A DNA stretch of 63,831 bases, filler included, from Octopus bimaculoides (lineage: Eukaryota): assembly GCF_001194135.2 (NCBI RefSeq). It is 7 parts of 6 records of this genome, joined end to end, with 100 filler letters (N's around TTAATTAATTAA, not from the genome) between each part and the next. Parts side by side here need not be neighbours in the genome. Positions count along the whole stretch, not along the records: positions 1 to 31,998 come from NC_068984.1; 6 more parts are not named here. One strand, written 5' to 3'. Below the pieces are notes generated by a model, which saw only the letters and a list, made by a program, of their open reading frames with translations, did no database searches and was not told where the DNA came from. The position numbers and the translations under genes are program-made. Every line of letters begins with the position of its first letter. The first letter of the stretch is position 1. Below are positions 1 to 13,321 of the stretch, in pieces.

Positions 1-162
1 GTGAGATCAAATTCCGCTGAGGTCAACTTTGTCTTTCATCCACTCAGGGTCGATAAGATAAGTAACAGTTGAACCCTGGGGTCGATGTAATCGACTCCCC
101 CGCTTCTCCGAAATTGCTGGCCTTGTGCCAAAAACTGAAACCAATATCTCACTAATACTTAA

Positions 163-345
163 GGCGGCGAGCTGGCAGAATCGTTAGCACGCCGGACAAA
201 ACGCTTAGCAACATTTCATCCGTCTGGACGTTCTGAGTTCTAATTCCGCCTTAGCTGACTTTCATCCTTTTAGGGTCGATAAAATACGCACTGGGATTGG
301 TATAATCGACTCGTCCCCTGCCGCGGAATGTAACAAAATTCGAAA
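163..345 (+). mobile_element. tRNA-derived SINE, family A (degraded copy; a 5'-truncated copy lies at 1-146 and a reverse copy at ~662-850)
   Basis: Head GGCGGCGAGCTGGCAGAATCGTTAGCACGCCGG, B-box-like GTTCT(G)AGTTC..ATTCC and body CTTTCATCCTTT..GGGTCGATAA recur at >15 places in this window. Confidence 0.8.
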
Positions 346-876
346 CCCACGACTTCCTGATAGTTATTTTATTGAGATTGATGAAGTGAGAGTCAAAGTG
401 GAAAAAGAATTGAACTTTGAATACCGTTCTGGTTGGGTTCTTGACCGAGAGTGCTGTCACAAAAGCGGGGGCACACTAATATCATTTCGAGAACTTTTAG
501 CGGATATATAAAGTGGTTTTCACCGAGTGTCGAAGCCAAATCGTAGCTCTGGCTAACTCTATGATAACAACTACCACAACCACAATAACAACAACACTAC
601 AAAGATAATGAGAATAATCGGAATATATAGAAGAGAATGAGATTGCTTAACGTCCGTATTTTGGGGTTATATAAACCGGTCTAGGTATTTATTCGACTGA
701 CACTATTTTATCAAAGCACGAAGAATGAAAAGCCAAAAGGATCTCTGCGAGATTTGAAATCAGAATATGAAAGACTGTTTTGGCAGACAGAGAGAGTATT
801 TTAGCGAACACTTTAACGATTCTATTGATCCAACAACCGGAGGTAAATTCGGAATGAGAACATAACTGAAAATTTA

Positions 877-894
877 GATAGAGAGATAGACAGG

Positions 895-941
<47 letters not shown>

Positions 942-1020
942 AGAGAAAGAGTGTGTGTATGTCTTTGTGTGCGTGCACGCGTGTTTGTGTATGTATGTAT
1001 GTATGTATGTATGTATGTAT
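877..1020. repeat. (GATA)n / (GT)n / (GTAT)n microsatellite cluster
   Basis: Directly visible tandem repeats. Confidence 0.95.
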
Positions 1021-1299
1021 TCAAATAATACAATTGAATCAACTCTATATTGAAAATATTATCGATACAACGTATTTGATGTGTGTTGTTTAAACGCCAT
1101 AAGCTGCGGTTTTTCGTCCGGGAAAAAGTTCCTTTAAAGACGTATAGTGTTAAAAAAAACACAATACTTTCCAGAGATAGGCGAAAGGAAATCGATCCAG
1201 AAGAGGTCACGAGAGCGGATGATACCGCATTTCGCTGTATTTGCGGCTAATCAGGCTGCATACTCGCGTGACTGCCGAAACAAAATCAGAATCATACGA

Positions 1300-1460
1300 G
1301 CTTCCACAAAGTTTCTGTTCTCTAAAGTTTCCATTCACTCACAAGGTTTGGTCGCCCCGAAGCTATAGAAGACATTTGTCCAAGGTGCCGCGTAGTGGAT
1401 CTGAAACCAAAACCACATGGTTGCAAAGTGGGCTTCTTAACCACAGAGCCATATCTGCAC
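1300..1460 (-). mobile_element. SINE family B (CORE-like), 5' part, degraded
   Basis: Reverse complement of GCACCTTGGGCAAGTGTCTTCTACTATAGC...CCTTGTGAGTG seen in better copies (39001, 12107). Confidence 0.7.
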
Positions 1461-2489
1461 CTAACACACACATGCACGACACACACTCAAACCGTAAATA
1501 TATACAAAATAGATATTGTCGATATATGCATTGTAAAGATAAGCTTAATCGTTCGGAAAATTATATCTTTCTACCAGACATCGATATGTTTGTGCCAACA
1601 TAATATACATATTTATTAGATCTAAAACATATTTCAATAGAAAAAAAGAAAATCATTTGTATCGTCTTTCTTGTAACTACATCGGGATGGGTTTCAATTG
1701 ACATGTATATTTGGAGTCAGCCATCCTGATTTTGCTAATTTCTATTGTCTTGTTGTTGGCTACAGATTCTAAAGAAATACAATAAAAAGAAAATTAATAG
1801 CGCTCAACCAACAAATTCGTTTTTATTTGCAAAATATAAGAAAGAAGACTTCCGTAAATATCAAAAGTAAATGATTTCCGTTCGTTCCATGATTTCTGCT
1901 CGTCTAATATTTAGACAGTTTACAGGCAGACAGTGTAAAGACGTGTTGGTGTAGGCAATGGTATAACATTCCGGCTGCCCATTATATATCCTATGTATAT
2001 ATATCTATATATTATTACAACTATTAAGCGATAATAACCATCGATTTATACCTGCAACGTTTACTGAATGTTGCCGCCCTTAATGGCGTTCGTTGTAGAC
2101 CTAACGAGTAATGCAGATTACGTAATACCAACCGTGCTGCAGATATTTATATATGCAGCAGCAACCGATTTCATACATATTCATTTTTATATCGAATTTT
2201 CAAGAAACTAATAGCCATCATTGACGTATGTATATATATATATATATACTTTTTTTTTTCTTCTAATGTATAACAAACCGTTTAGCTCCTCTGACGAACT
2301 CAGCTTGCCGTTAATGACATCATATAGTTTAGGATCTGGCCGATATATACATCAATACATGTATGTATGTAGACAAATGCATATATGCACGGACGTGTGC
2401 ACACACACACATACATACACGAATATGTCTATAGTGCGCGAACACGGTATCTTAAAGATAACGCATTTTTTGTATTGCATGCATACACT

Positions 2490-2499
2490 TCTGTGTGCG

Positions 2500-2546
<47 letters not shown>

Positions 2547-2688
2547 CCACTTTCTTTTCTCTTTCCATTCACTGTATTTTCACCTACGCAACCCTTATTT
2601 TTCAATACTCTCCAACTCTTCCCCTCCTCTCTTTCTCCACGTCTAACTTACTGTTATTAAATTCTATGCTACTCTTCATTAAAAGAGT

Positions 2689-2722
<34 letters not shown>

Positions 2723-2740
2723 CACGCACACACACACACA

Positions 2741-2778
<38 letters not shown>

Positions 2779-2780
2779 TA
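2490..2780. repeat. (TG)n and (CA)n microsatellites
   Basis: Direct; source of the VCVC/HTHT ORFs. Confidence 0.95.
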
Positions 2781-2881
2781 CGTATTACCTCGGTAGTATC
2801 CTTCACTCCTTCACAACTGCACTGTACAGTGGAAGGAAGTCTGAACGGAAAATGAATTATTTTAAATTCGGAGAAGATGTA

Positions 2882-2962
2882 CAGTAATCCCTCGACTATC
2901 GCGGGTGTTACGTTCCAAAACACCCCGCGATAGGCGAACCGCGATATGGCGAGGGATTTCTG
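2882..2962. mobile_element. 81-bp Tigger/pogo-type MITE
   Basis: TA flanks at 2880-2881 and 2963-2964. Termini CAGTAATCCCTCG ... CGAGGGATTTCTG (12/13 inverted match). Internal palindrome TATCGCGGGTGT/ACACCCCGCGATA. Confidence 0.8.
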
Positions 2963-3321
2963 TATTGAAATTCATTTTCGGGTTAGCTCTGCTGCAGCAG
3001 ACCTATAGAAACGTTACTTCAGTGATATTCTGTCTTTTCGTGTATCAGAAACTAAAGTGTCCTCTACGTTCTTCCTTCTACGACAACATAGATGTGTGAT
3101 TTGAGGGAAATTTGTTTTTTTAATTCTAACTGGTGTATACCCATGACCAATACCATCCAACCGTAACAACCTGTTTGTTTTTTGTTTTAAATCAGTTGTT
3201 TAGTCCTGTTAGGTCTAATGGAGCCACTCTATAGAAAAACGTGCGTCGCCAATTCTTCGTTTAATATATCAGGGATTTGCACCATCAAATGTGTTTTTCA
3301 TTTTGTACGGTTGTCAGATGA

Positions 3322-3787
3322 GATCTTGGTACTTTTTTGCTATCACATCCCCGTTAAAAAATTGGGTTATCTCCCCCTGTTTTACGAGAAATATCGGTAT
3401 TTTTGGTTATCTCCTTCAGCTAAAATAATTGCTTAACCCTCAATAAAACAAAGAAAAAAAAATGAAAATCTTAATAAACATGAAAAGTGAAAAGATGAAA
3501 CAACGTATTGAATCTGATAATATTTTTATAACAAATCATACAAAACTGAAAAAGTTAATAAACATGAAAACTGAAAACAATGAAACATCTTACTGAATCT
3601 AATAACATTTTTGCAACAAATCATTCCATTCCTATTGAGAAGGCCAAACGTCAATATTGTGTTGAAGTATTGAATCAAAAGGAACTCTTTTAATACAATC
3701 TCTTGTCGCCACATTAACTCGATTATTTAATGGGGAGATAATCCAATTTTTTAATGGGGGTGAGATAACCGAAACTTACCGGGATCT
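3322..3787. mobile_element. Inverted-repeat-bounded element (MITE-like)
   Basis: 3349-3376 CCCCGTTAAAAAATTGGGTTATCTCCCC vs 3732-3759 GGGGAGATAATCCAATTTTTTAATGGGG (26/28 inverted), extending degenerately outward. Internal ~80-bp direct duplication at ~3470-3625. Confidence 0.55.
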
Positions 3788-4390
3788 TTTCTGTTTGGCT
3801 GTCATTTTTCAATTTCTTCAATTTTTCTTCCAATTGATTTGAGGAATGTATCATTTGAGGAATATTTGACTACTTTTTCTAGCACATNNNNNNNNNNNNN
3901 NNNNNNNNNNNNNNNNNNNNNNNNNNNNNNNNNNNNNNNNNNNNNNNNNNNNNNNNNNNNNNNNNNNNNNNNNNNNNNNNNNNNNNNNNNNNNNNNNNNN
4001 NNNNNNNNNNNNNNNNNNNNNNNNNNNNNNNNNNNNNNNNNNNNNNNNNNNNNNNNNNNNNNNNNNNNNNNNNNNNNNNNNNNNNNNNNNNNNNNNNNNN
4101 NNNNNNNNNNNNNNNNNNNNNNNNNNNNNNNNNNNNNNNNNNNNNNNNNNNNNNNNNNNNNNNNNNNNNNNNNNNNNNNNNNNNNNNNNNNNNNNNNNNN
4201 NNNNNNNNNNNNNNNNNNNNNNNNNNNNNNNNNNNNNNNNNNNNNNNNNNNNNNNNNNNNNNNNNNNNNNNNNNNNNNNNNNNNNNNNNNNNNNNNNNNN
4301 NNNNNNNNNNNNNNNNNNNNNNNNNNNNNNNNNNNNNNNNNNNNNNNNNNNNNNNNNNNGAAACGGTAACTTCAAGTAGTCGTAGTAGTC

Positions 4391-4436
<46 letters not shown>

Positions 4437-5380
4437 CAGCAGCAGCAGCAATAGCGCTGGTGACATTGCGTTCCCACTCCCCCACCGTCTTCACTTTCGT
4501 CTATTGGCAAATCTTTGATCAATCACATCAAGTCCAGCTGAAGCCAATAGTTATGGCGGACTTGCCTACAGATGGCGCCACATGGATGACTGAACATCGG
4601 AATGTTTATTGCNNNNNNNNNNNNNNNNNNNNNNNNNNNNNNNNNNNNNNNNNNNNNNNNNNNNNNNNNNNNNNNNNNNNNNNNNNNNNNNNNNNNNNNN
4701 NNNNNNNNNNNNNNNNNNNNNNNNNNNNNNNNNNNNNNNNNNNNNNNNNNNNNNNNNNNNNNNNNNNNNNNNNNNNNNNNNNNNNNNNNNNNNNNNNNNN
4801 NNNNNNNNNNNNNNNNNNNNNNNNNNNNNNNNNNNNNNNNNNNNNNNNNNNNNNNNNNNNNNNNNNNNNNNNNNNNNNNNNNNNNNNNNNNNNNNNNNNN
4901 NNNNNNNNNNNNNNNNNNNNNNNNNNNNNNNNNNNNNNNNNNNNNNNNNNNNNNNNNNNNNNNNNNNNNNNNNNNNNNNNNNNNNNNNNNNNNNNNNNNN
5001 NNNNNNNNNNNNNNNNNNNNNNNNNNNNNNNNNNNNNNNNNNNNNNNNNNNNNNNNNNNNNNNNNNNNNNNNNNNNNNNNNNNNNNNNNNNNNNNNNNNN
5101 NNNNNNNNNNNNNNNNNNNNNNNNNNNNNNNNNNNNNNNNNNNNNNNNNNNNNNNNNNNNNNNNNNNNNNNNNNNNNNNNNNNNNNNNNNNNNNNNNNNN
5201 NNNNNNNNNNNNNNNNNNNNNNNNNNNNNNNNNNNNNNNNNNNNNNNNNNNNNNNNNNNNNNNNNNNNNNNNNNNNNNNNNNNNNNNNNNNNNNNNNNNN
5301 NNNNNNNNNNNNNNNNNNNNNNNNNNNNNNNNNNNNNNNNNNNNNNNNNNNNNNNNNNNNNNNNNNNNNNNNNNNNNNNN

Positions 5381-5434
<54 letters not shown>

Positions 5435-5679
5435 GCACACATATATATAACGAGTGTTTATGAAGTTTCGAATAGAAAGAGATTGGCTCTTTCACAGGGA
5501 TGTATTTTATCCAAGCGTAAACCAGTTTGTGTTAGTATTGGTGTTAACACTTATGAAGTTCCAGTTGTCGTTGTAGATGTTTTCATCCATTCGATAAAGG
5601 AGAAGAGAACTTTAATAATATAACATAAGAAAAATGGAGCGTTTGAACACAGAAATAGATGCAGAGTTGTTTACCGGTA

Positions 5680-5816
5680 AGCAATTCTCTACCTACTAGG
5701 GTGTGAACGAATTTTTGTCAATTTTTTGCCCTGAGGAGATTTTTACCGCCCTCGGCGGAATTTCAACCCAGAACATAAGCCCCGAAATGCCGTTAAGCAT
5801 TTTGTCTGGCATGCTA
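5680..5816 (-). mobile_element. SINE family A head, degraded
   Basis: Reverse complement TTAGCATGCCAGACAAAATGCTTAACGGCATTTC...GTTGAAATTCCGCCGAG. Confidence 0.65.
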
Positions 5817-6097
5817 AAGGTCATTCCTCTAATAATTGGTGCGTCGGGAATAGTAAGCCAAGATATAAACAAATGGCTGAAGGAGATCGGAATAGAACGT
5901 TTGGTAGAGCTGCTACAGAAAGTTTGTTTCTTAGGGACAGCAAAGATTATCAAGAGGGTTCTAAGCACTTGGAAGACTGCTGAAAACTTGTGGATATGTA
6001 AAGTCACAGGTAGTAACCCGCTACCCACATAATTCCTACCAGAAATAAGACCGAACCTGAGCCAAACCAAAATAATAATAGTAATAATAATAATAAT
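5817..6097 (+). mobile_element. R4/Dong-type non-LTR retrotransposon, 3' end
   Basis: KVIPLIIGASGIVSQDINKWLKEIGIERLVELLQKVCFLGTAKIIKRVLS matches the conserved C-terminus after the RLE domain (V.PI.IGALG...LQK..LLGTA.I.R.VL). Short 3' UTR ending in an (AAT)n tail. Confidence 0.8.
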
Positions 6098-6426
6098 TAC
6101 AACGTAATATTATTTATATAATCATCAGATGTAGTAAATTTACTGAACCAGGCAACAAATATACCATTAGACAGCAATTGAGTTACAAATATTATGAAAC
6201 TCCGGGAGCGGGGAACATAAAAGGAGGAATGAAAGACGCTGAAAGTTTTATGTGTGTGTGCGCGTGTGTGTGTGTGAGTACCTACTTATGTATGTACATA
6301 CATGTATACAAATATGCACGCACACACATATATTTACATACACACACACACACACATACAGTATATTCACCTACGCATTTATACGTATATATGTACGCTT
6401 CCCCGATATAGTTATGTATATATAAA

Positions 6427-6458
<32 letters not shown>

Positions 6459-6467
6459 CGTGTGTAT

Positions 6468-6515
<48 letters not shown>

Positions 6516-7519
6516 TATCTTTTTTTCTTGTATGAATGGTTACTGGAAAGAATTAGTAATAAAAAAACTAAGCTGTTTGATAAACTCAATGTTTAACAAT
6601 AGATAAACAGCCAAAAATCTGAAAACACAATGGTAGGGTGTGATCTCTGTAGCTTAGAAGCAACCAGTTTCCAGTCTACGGAGATAAATACAAGAAAAAC
6701 AAAATAGAACGAAGAATAAACCCAAGGATTATGGCGACGATATTTCTGAGAGCCACCATAGTGAATGCCGACATTTATCTGCTCTTGTTAGTTCTTGGTG
6801 CTGTTTGTTGTCTTCATTGCACGGACATTAATGACCTGCTTTCATCTTAGAATACGATTCCTTTTCATATTGGCGGCATCACATCATATTTATAACTATT
6901 TTACTGTTTAAGTTGTGGAATTTCTCAAAATAAAAAGAAAAGACGGTGTCTGTGTACATAATAACTTCAAGAAATGTTGCATTGTCTTCAGTTTTGGTTA
7001 AGAAGTTCAATATACTTATCTCCCGCTTCTAACATATTTTAAATTAATAAATGTCTGAGTAACAGCATCTAAAAGTAAACTAATGGCTCTGGACGGTCAT
7101 ATTGTCAGATATATTCGTTCAGGTTTTCATTCATTTTAATCCTGTTCAATGTTGTTTGAATTTATGCAAAAAATATTTTTGTTGTAGTATTTTGTGGGGG
7201 GGGGGGTTGATCTGTTCTTAAAGGTCACGCTAAACACACACACACACACACACATTCACACACACACACATAGTTTTTTCTAACAGATGAAAGGCGGTGT
7301 TGTCGCAGTTGGGATTGTTGGAGACGTCGCCATCTTACGATGGCGGCGCGCTGAGATAAACAGACGAGAGAAACATAAACTGTATTTAATATATTAAAAT
7401 GTGCCTTGTACTTTTGGTATGTTGAAGACATTAACCTTGTTATGAAAACGATTCCTCACACTGTCAGGTGGATGAAGAACACACCCAGAGTGTGCTAAAT
7501 AACTTCAGAGAATATTCCA

Positions 7520-8105
7520 TTTACGATAAAATACAAACTGCAATTGACTACTCTTTCTCGGCGCCCCGTAGGAAATTACCTGTAGTGGAGACCAAGTTTT
7601 GTGCTGTCTTAAGACAAGGGCGGTTTTATTATTGGATCCGGCCATCAGCCGGGTCCAATCTGAAAATCCTCCCGGGGCCTCTTTGGTTAAATCCTCATCA
7701 ATTTTTTCAAGGAAAGTGAGGCTGGAGAGAGAAACACTGCCCCTCAGCAAACTTGTTGGGAGGTGGGTGAGAGTGGAAAGAATGGTCCACGCAAAGGGCC
7801 TGCTCTGAGCATGCGCGTGAAGGTTGAGACAGGGGGAGGAAAAGTTGGTTCTAGCTGTAGTGATCAGAATGACCATGGTTTTGTGGGGTCTCCACGAACA
7901 GTCTTTGGAAGTCTCCTTCACTTCTGGGAATTTTCTTGGTTGAATTCTTTCGTTTCTTCGTTTTATTTATTTTATACTGTTCACACGCTTTCACATAACC
8001 TCACATCGTATCAGCCTCACATCGTATCAGCCTCACATCGGTCTTCTTGTAAACCCTTAACGGTTAATAAAGGATTCAACATCATCATCATCATTATCAT
8101 CATCA
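7520..8105 (+). mobile_element. L1/Tx1-group LINE, degraded ORF2 C-terminus and 3' UTR
   Basis: Frameshifted ILINFFK / RKVRLERETLPLSKLVGRWVRVERMV resembles Tx1-type C-termini. Then AATAAA and an (ATC)n tail; 16-bp tandem TCAGCCTCACATCGTA in the UTR. Confidence 0.6.
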
Positions 8106-8109
8106 TTTG

Positions 8110-8705
8110 GTAGAATCGTTACTTTTGCCGGATCAAATACTCAGCGGCATTTCTTCCGGTTCTTTGTGTTCTGAAAACAAATTTCGCCGAGGTCGACTTT
8201 GCCTTTCATCTTTTCGGGGTCTATGAAATAAGTACCAGTTACGCACTGGGGTCGATGTGGTAGATTTAACCCCACCACCACCACCACCAACACCGAAATT
8301 GCTGGCCTCGAGTCAAAATTAAAAACCAATATTATTATTATTATTATTATTAATGTTATTATTATTATTAAGAAGTCGACGACAAAGCGGCGAGCTGGCA
8401 AAATCGTTAGCACGCCGGACTTAATACTTGGCGGTATATCGTCCGTCTTTACGTTCTGAGTTCAAATTCCGCCGAGGTCGACTTTGCCTTTCATCCTTTC
8501 AGGTTCGATTAAATAAGTACCAGTTACGCACTAGGGTCGATATAATCAACTAGCCCCCTTCTCCCCAAAGATTTTCAAGGTCTTGTGCCTAGAGTAGAAA
8601 TAATTCAGAAATCAACAGGTTGGTAGAATCGATCTCGCGTCGGTCAAACTGCTGAGCGACATTTCTTCCAGCTCTTTACAGTCTGAGTTCAAACTCCGCC
8701 ATCGC
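8110..8705 (+). mobile_element. Three consecutive family A SINE copies (~8110-8330, ~8385-8600, ~8615-8705)
   Basis: Repeated GAATCG...GCCGG...GAGTTCAAATTCCGCCGAGGTCGACTTTGCCTTTCATC motifs, first copy with an (ATT)n tail. Confidence 0.8.
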
Positions 8706-8710
8706 CACGC

Positions 8711-8711
<1 letters not shown>

Positions 8712-8748
<37 letters not shown>

Positions 8749-8823
8749 CAGTAGTAGTAGTAGTAGTAGCAGAGCAGTAGTAGTAGCAGAGCAGTAGTAG
8801 TAGCAGAGCAGTAGTAGTAGTAG
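8712..8823. repeat. (TAG)n microsatellite with AGCAGAGC higher-order interruptions
   Basis: Direct. Confidence 0.9.
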
Positions 8824-9309
8824 TTCATACTGCTGCAGAAACTGTGACAATAACAGCGGCAGTGACAAAGGCGATCGTAAGAATGGTAATAAACACGAAG
8901 AATATAAAAAAAAAATGTTCTTCCCTTTGTGTTTTTAATTAATCGCAGAAGCAGGAAGTTACCAGAATTCCTTGGTGCCAGTGGTGTGAGAACATGATAT
9001 TATTTCATTACAATTCCCTCCAGTTTGGAAAGTGAGGAAATTGAAATGGAATATTGCAAGCTTGAGAATTAAACTGGAACATTTCACAGAATGTGTGTGT
9101 CGTTGTGGTCAAAGTTCTAAGAAAGAGTGGAGAAGAAAAAAAAGAGAAGAAAATGGTAAGGAAATTACAGTGAGATCAAAGAATCAAAGAACTGTAAGGA
9201 ATGGATTTCTTTTGGAGTTGTCATGCTTTACTAGAAATGGGTCTTAGAAACAGACCGACGATTCTGCTAGTATTATTGGGTAAAATATTTTGTGTTGTGC
9301 GTGTGTGTC

Positions 9310-9405
<96 letters not shown>

Positions 9406-10721
9406 GGAGGGAGAGAGAGAATGGTCACCTTTCTAGTGATCAAAGAACACTGACGGAATGGGGAGGATATCTCAAAGGAAAAATAATTAAAGTTTTTGAT
9501 GTTTGTGAGTCAAAATAATATTCTATTCCACCATCGAGTGCTGTATTTGCCGGTCTATAAGACACACTCGCATAAGATACATTCCTATTTTCCAAGTATA
9601 TTCTATGAAAAACAAAATAAGAAGCAAATTTTGTATGTTTCATCCTACACTCCTGGAAAGAAATTTTTTCGTGGTTTTGTTTGATTTTGTGCATGGAAAT
9701 ACAACACTGTGTTCAGTATACAGGAAGAGTGTACGAAACTATAAATTTATCACAATTGAACCACGTCTTTCTGACCATCGGCTGCCAAACCGAGCATGGT
9801 TCTCCTTTCAATATTCACTGTCTGAATATTTTTATGAAATATGAAATGAAAGACAGAGGATATTCAAAAGAGAACTAGCTTTGGTTTACCGGCTGATGAT
9901 CGAAAAACGAGCAACTCACAGCACTGAAAATCGGAACCTTTCACTTATTACACACACGCACACATATCAACGAAAAAATCCAATGAAATCCGTGAAGGTA
10001 GAGTCAGTAGAACTAGTGGTAATCCGGGGGGAGTGCTGGTATGTGGATGAGGAGAGGTGCTGAAAGTTCGGGAAGTGGTTAAGATATGCAAGTCCAAAGA
10101 GCAGGAAGTTCAGTCAGGATCAAACTGAGGTAACCTCGTGAGCGTATAATATATATAATTGAAATTTGCCGTTGACTTGGATGGAACTCAGAACTACATG
10201 CTTGCAATCCGAACCTCTTATGAGCACAGATGTGCCTGCAAAAGTAAAGGCCGATATCTTTTAATAGGAAGAACATATAAAATCTGAAATGTAAAGATAT
10301 TTCAACAGGAAGTAATTCTAATATTTAACATTAGAACATTTTAAAACAGGAAGCGTATATTAAATGTGAAAAGAAAACATCTTAAACGTCTTTATGTGGC
10401 GTGTTTAGAGCCAGTCAGTCTGGCTGCGCTGAGCTGAATCTAGTCCAGGGTAGTGACAAAGATCAACAATCATTGATATAAACAATAAAGGAAAAGAACT
10501 AACGTAACAAGGAATCGAACCCAAATCACATATTCTGCATAATGGGAACTTCCCACCACTTTATTATGCTTTCGCACAGAAAAGCAGGTCACGTAAAACG
10601 TTGATTAAAGTGAAACCTATCAACTGATATTCTACTGACACTGGTAAATTTATGCTGGTTTCTGCTGGCCTACTTTCGACTCTCTTGGCTCTTTACTAAA
10701 TTGTTTCCCCCTTCCGGCACC

Positions 10722-10768
10722 AGGACAAAATCCCCACTGGACAAAATCACCCCCGGACAAAGTTCCCC
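10722..10768. repeat. Three copies of GGACAAA(A/G)T..CCCC, probably a DNA-transposon subterminal remnant
   Basis: Repeat is direct; TE origin is inference. Confidence 0.4.
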
Positions 10769-10884
10769 AGCATCTCCATAATATCCCTCAGAATATTGTT
10801 CTGTTTTTACAATAAAATATTTCGGGTAAGTGAAATTTTATAAAAAAAGGTAGGCTTGTTACCTTACTTTCATAGCGTTTAAGT

Positions 10885-11065
10885 GACTGGGATCCCAAAA
10901 TTCCCCCTAAACGGGGTACCAATCCGTTGCACGGTTATCCATTTAGAGTTCAATGGAGTAATGTAAAATGAAGTGTGTGGCTCAAGAACACATGGCAGCG
11001 CCCTCGCTGGAATCGAAACGGCTATCTTGCTTGCAAGCAACATCCTAACAACTAGGCCATGCGCC
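10885..11065 (-). mobile_element. Old tRNA-derived SINE, family E (related copies ~20860-20990, ~29380-29500)
   Basis: Reverse complement carries A-box-like GGCCTAGTTGTTAGG and B-box-like GTTTCGATTCC, followed by CTTGAGCCACACACTTCATTTTACATT. Confidence 0.5.
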
Positions 11066-11329
11066 ATCATGATATAGTTCTTATAGATCAATTAATGTTA
11101 GATAGTTAAGTTCCACGTGTTGATGTGTATCGTTGAACAAGTAATCAAAGTTACACAGATTTGACCTTTACGTTTCCGGTTAATCTTACAGACATTGTCT
11201 AAGACAAAAAGCAATGATTCCTAAAGCTAAAACGGTAAAGACCGAAATAGAAGCTGAACAATTTTAAGCAAACTGAAATGAAACAGGTGGTGACATCTGA
11301 CAATTTACTAACAATAAAACAACTCAACT

Positions 11330-11361
<32 letters not shown>

Positions 11362-11937
11362 NNNNNNNNNNNNNNNNNNNNNNNNNNNNNNNNNNNNNNN
11401 NNNNNNNNNNNNNNNNNNNNNNNNNNNNNNNNNNNNNNNNNNNNNNNNNNNNNNNNNNNNNNNNNNNNNNNNNNNNNNNNNNNNNNNNNNNNNNNNNNNN
11501 NNNNNNNNNNNNNNNNNNNNNNNNNNNNNNNNNNNNNNNNNNNNNNNNNNNNNNNNNNNNNNNNNNNNNNNNNNNNNNNNNNNNNNNNNNNNNNNNNNNN
11601 NNNNNNNNNNNNNNNNNNNNNNNNNNNNNNNNNNNNNNNNNNNNNNNNNNNNNNNNNNNNNNNNNNNNNNNNNNNNNNNNNNNNNNNNNNNNNNNNNNNN
11701 NNNNNNNNNNNNNNNNNNNNNNNNNNNNNNNNTCTTTTTTCTTCTTTTCTTTCATTTCTCTTGCTTTCTCTCTCGTCTTGCCACTTATTTTATTCTTGTC
11801 TGATTGTCTGCGGGCTTACCTATCTGTACAGCTTTTACCTACCTACCTACCTAACTAACTAACTTCCGATATACCCACTAACTTCTTACCCCACCCCACT
11901 CTCTGTCTCTCCCTTTCTCCCTCCCCCTCCCTCCCCC

Positions 11938-11983
<46 letters not shown>

Positions 11984-12106
11984 AAGGTAGCTAGCTAGCT
12001 ATCTGTCTATCTATCAGTCTGTCTGTTTGTCAGTTTGATCACATTTTCCCCACCACATTCCCCTCTTTACACACATATATATGAGTGTGTTTGCATATAT
12101 ATATTT

Positions 12107-12570
<464 letters not shown>

Positions 12571-13321
12571 GTATATATATATGTATATGCATACATACAG
12601 TTAGATAGATAGATAGATAGGTAGATAGATAGATATACAAACGTATACATGCACACAAGCATACACATATATAAACTTATATTATCTGGTATCTGTATGT
12701 GTATGTAGACATATATTTTTGTGTTTGTGCGCAATATTCTGTACCCGTCTATGTATGTCTATCCGTCTATCTATCAATTCGTCCATTTATCTCTTTCACC
12801 GTCAGCCTGTCTGCTAGAATAAACAAATCAAAACCGTGTGCAATGATTTATGTTATGTTACCAATCAAATAAGTATCAGCTGTCAGAGAAAGAAATAAAG
12901 AAAATATCCAGAATGGAAATATCTCGAAATGAAGACTATGGGAGATGTAGGAACTTACCAGCAGGAGAAATATAATACGCTATAAAAGAAGACTTTATCT
13001 CCTGCAGACATTGTCAAGTTGGCGAATTTGGCTGAGTTGATTTGTCGTTGTGTGTCCTGCGTTGAGAATAAAGAGAACATTGAACCGGGGTCTTGGGATT
13101 GTGCCTTCGTCGGAAAGAGAGAAACAGTTTTGTCTTTTTGGCTTAGTCTCACCTCCATCTATCTCATCGGAATCCGGGTTCAAATTCCGCTGAGGTCGAC
13201 TTGACCTTTCATCCTTTCGGGGTCTATAAAATAAGTACCAGTCAATTACTGAGGTCAATATAGTAGACGAGACCCCTTCCCGAAAACCTCAGGTTTTGCG
13301 CTTATAGTAAATAGAAAGGGT

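Noticed and set aside
3839-5623. Long ORFs running through N gaps (also ~11.3, 25.8-27.1, 36.1, 39.1-40.4, 48.2-49.0 and 55.8-56.6 kb)
   Set aside because: Open only because N codons and microsatellites contain no stops.
5703-6032. 109-aa ORF with a protein-like C-terminus
   Set aside because: Chimera of an antisense SINE A head and the R4/Dong C-terminus; not a host gene.
7468-7921. Overlapping ORFs with plausible splice signals on both strands
   Set aside because: Largely explained by a frameshifted Tx1-like ORF2 end followed by its UTR, AATAAA and microsatellite tail.
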